Source: Eledone cirrhosa | Lineage: Eukaryota | Length of the DNA: 64,000 nt | Direction: 5' to 3' | Assembly (NCBI GenBank): GCA_964016885.1 | Contig: OZ024741.1 | Span: 158,720,001-158,784,000 of the forward strand | In this document: positions 62,876 to 64,000 of the stretch, piece after piece | How positions within the stretch are numbered: position 1 is the first letter of the stretch | Layout: each line of letters starts with the position of its first letter | Program-made: the position numbers and the translations under genes | The notes under the pieces: generated by a model | The model's input: the letters and a program-made list of their open reading frames with translations, nothing else | Told to the model about the DNA's origin: nothing | Databases searched by the model: none

Positions 62876-64000
62876 TAATTTATTTAGGACTGGATGTTGT
62901 GGTACCAACATGACTTTACAGAGAAAGGGATGTGGGTAGTAGGTGGGGGTGTATTTTTGGTTAAGAGGTGCCTACTGACTGTAGGTTTCACTTTGTACTT
63001 AGGCAAGGCAGGTCTTATTGTATACATCATACCAAAAGAAGCACATTGAGCAAGACATGGTCCCTCCCTCACCCATTTATGGGAATGTTATCTCCAGTTA
63101 AATACTGAATTGGTCTGTTTCAAACCCATCCATGCTAGCATGGAAAGAAATGGATGCAAAAGTATGATGAAGATGATGATGTATACCCACACACATAGAA
63201 ACATATAAGTAGTACACAGAATAAAAAAATATTTTATCTGTCATAGCGAGGTTCTCGTGTGTTTATTGCACATAAAGATATCGACTACTGCTAATTAAAT
63301 ATAACCAGCGAAGTTCACATATGTAAATGAGCATTTCCAGACAAGTTTTTTTATTTGTTGTATGCAAATGAGCATCACCAGCAAATGTTCCATACACAAA
63401 GCTTATAGGCTTTAGCCTATTTTCATCTCAGTACTAGTTGAGTGAATGCTACTGATGAGAAATTAATTAATCTTGAAACAGCTGTTTGGAATTCTCAACA
63501 GCTACTGAGATATCTATGACATGTCCATAGCACAAATGAGGAAAAACAAATATTTTCATAATGAAAAAATATTTTTTTCTTTGATAGAGATGCTCTTATG
63601 TGTTTATTGAACTTACATGTATAGTATATGTTTTCATGTACACCCCTATTAAACATATAATTATATATACATATATACATGTTCATACATGCATATCATC
63701 ATCATTATCATCACTGTTTAATGTCAGCTTTCCCTACTAGCAAAGGTTAAATAGGTTGTCAGCAGAACATATTGGTAATCTCGTGGAGGTACTGATCGTA
63801 CAATTGGCTTGGGAGCTTGCATCTCGTTTACATATATTCCTTCATCCTACCAAATGCTCAGATAGACCAGTGGCCCACAACTCACTTTGCGTGATCCCAC
63901 GGACTACCACCGAGTGCATTTTATTATGACACTATCACTAGGGAAGTTAGGTGAAGAGTCCTTCCGACCCTTTGTTTGGCATGTATGTAAACATACATAC

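Noticed and set aside
63247-63296. Candidate terminal exon RGSRVFIAHKDIDYC*
   Set aside because: Lacks GFFKR-like motif and has a weak pyrimidine tract; true tail exon is probably beyond the window.

Overview
AT-rich, microsatellite- and transposon-dense animal genomic DNA. The repeat landscape ((GAT)n-tailed RTE LINEs, abundant tRNA-type SINEs, long CA/TA/CAT microsatellites) is most consistent with a coleoid cephalopod such as Octopus; this is an inference. Most of the window lies inside one + strand integrin alpha-subunit gene. I reconstructed 14 phase-compatible GT-AG exons (1494..59942, 2063 nt, about 688 codons) running from beta-propeller FG-GAP repeats through thigh, genu and calf domains to the transmembrane helix. 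The 5' exons and the cytoplasmic GFFKR exon were not found in the window. The introns hold a Chapaev3-type CMC DNA transposon (TTA TSD), a deleted mariner, Helitron remnants and a head-to-tail Helitron cluster, a young 5'-truncated RTE LINE with an open RT ORF and embedded PHD-like finger, an R4/Dong-type RLE element in a (CATA)n tract, a Penelope GIY-YIG remnant, many SINEs and MITEs, and a 3.4-kb 48-bp satellite amplified from an RTE 3'-UTR subrepeat. The least-explained signals are that satellite (one stop-free frame, all common variants at codon position 3, higher-order duplications, abutting an exon) and several dispersed minimal hammerhead-ribozyme cores. I found no firm evidence of a wholly new system; these are leads.
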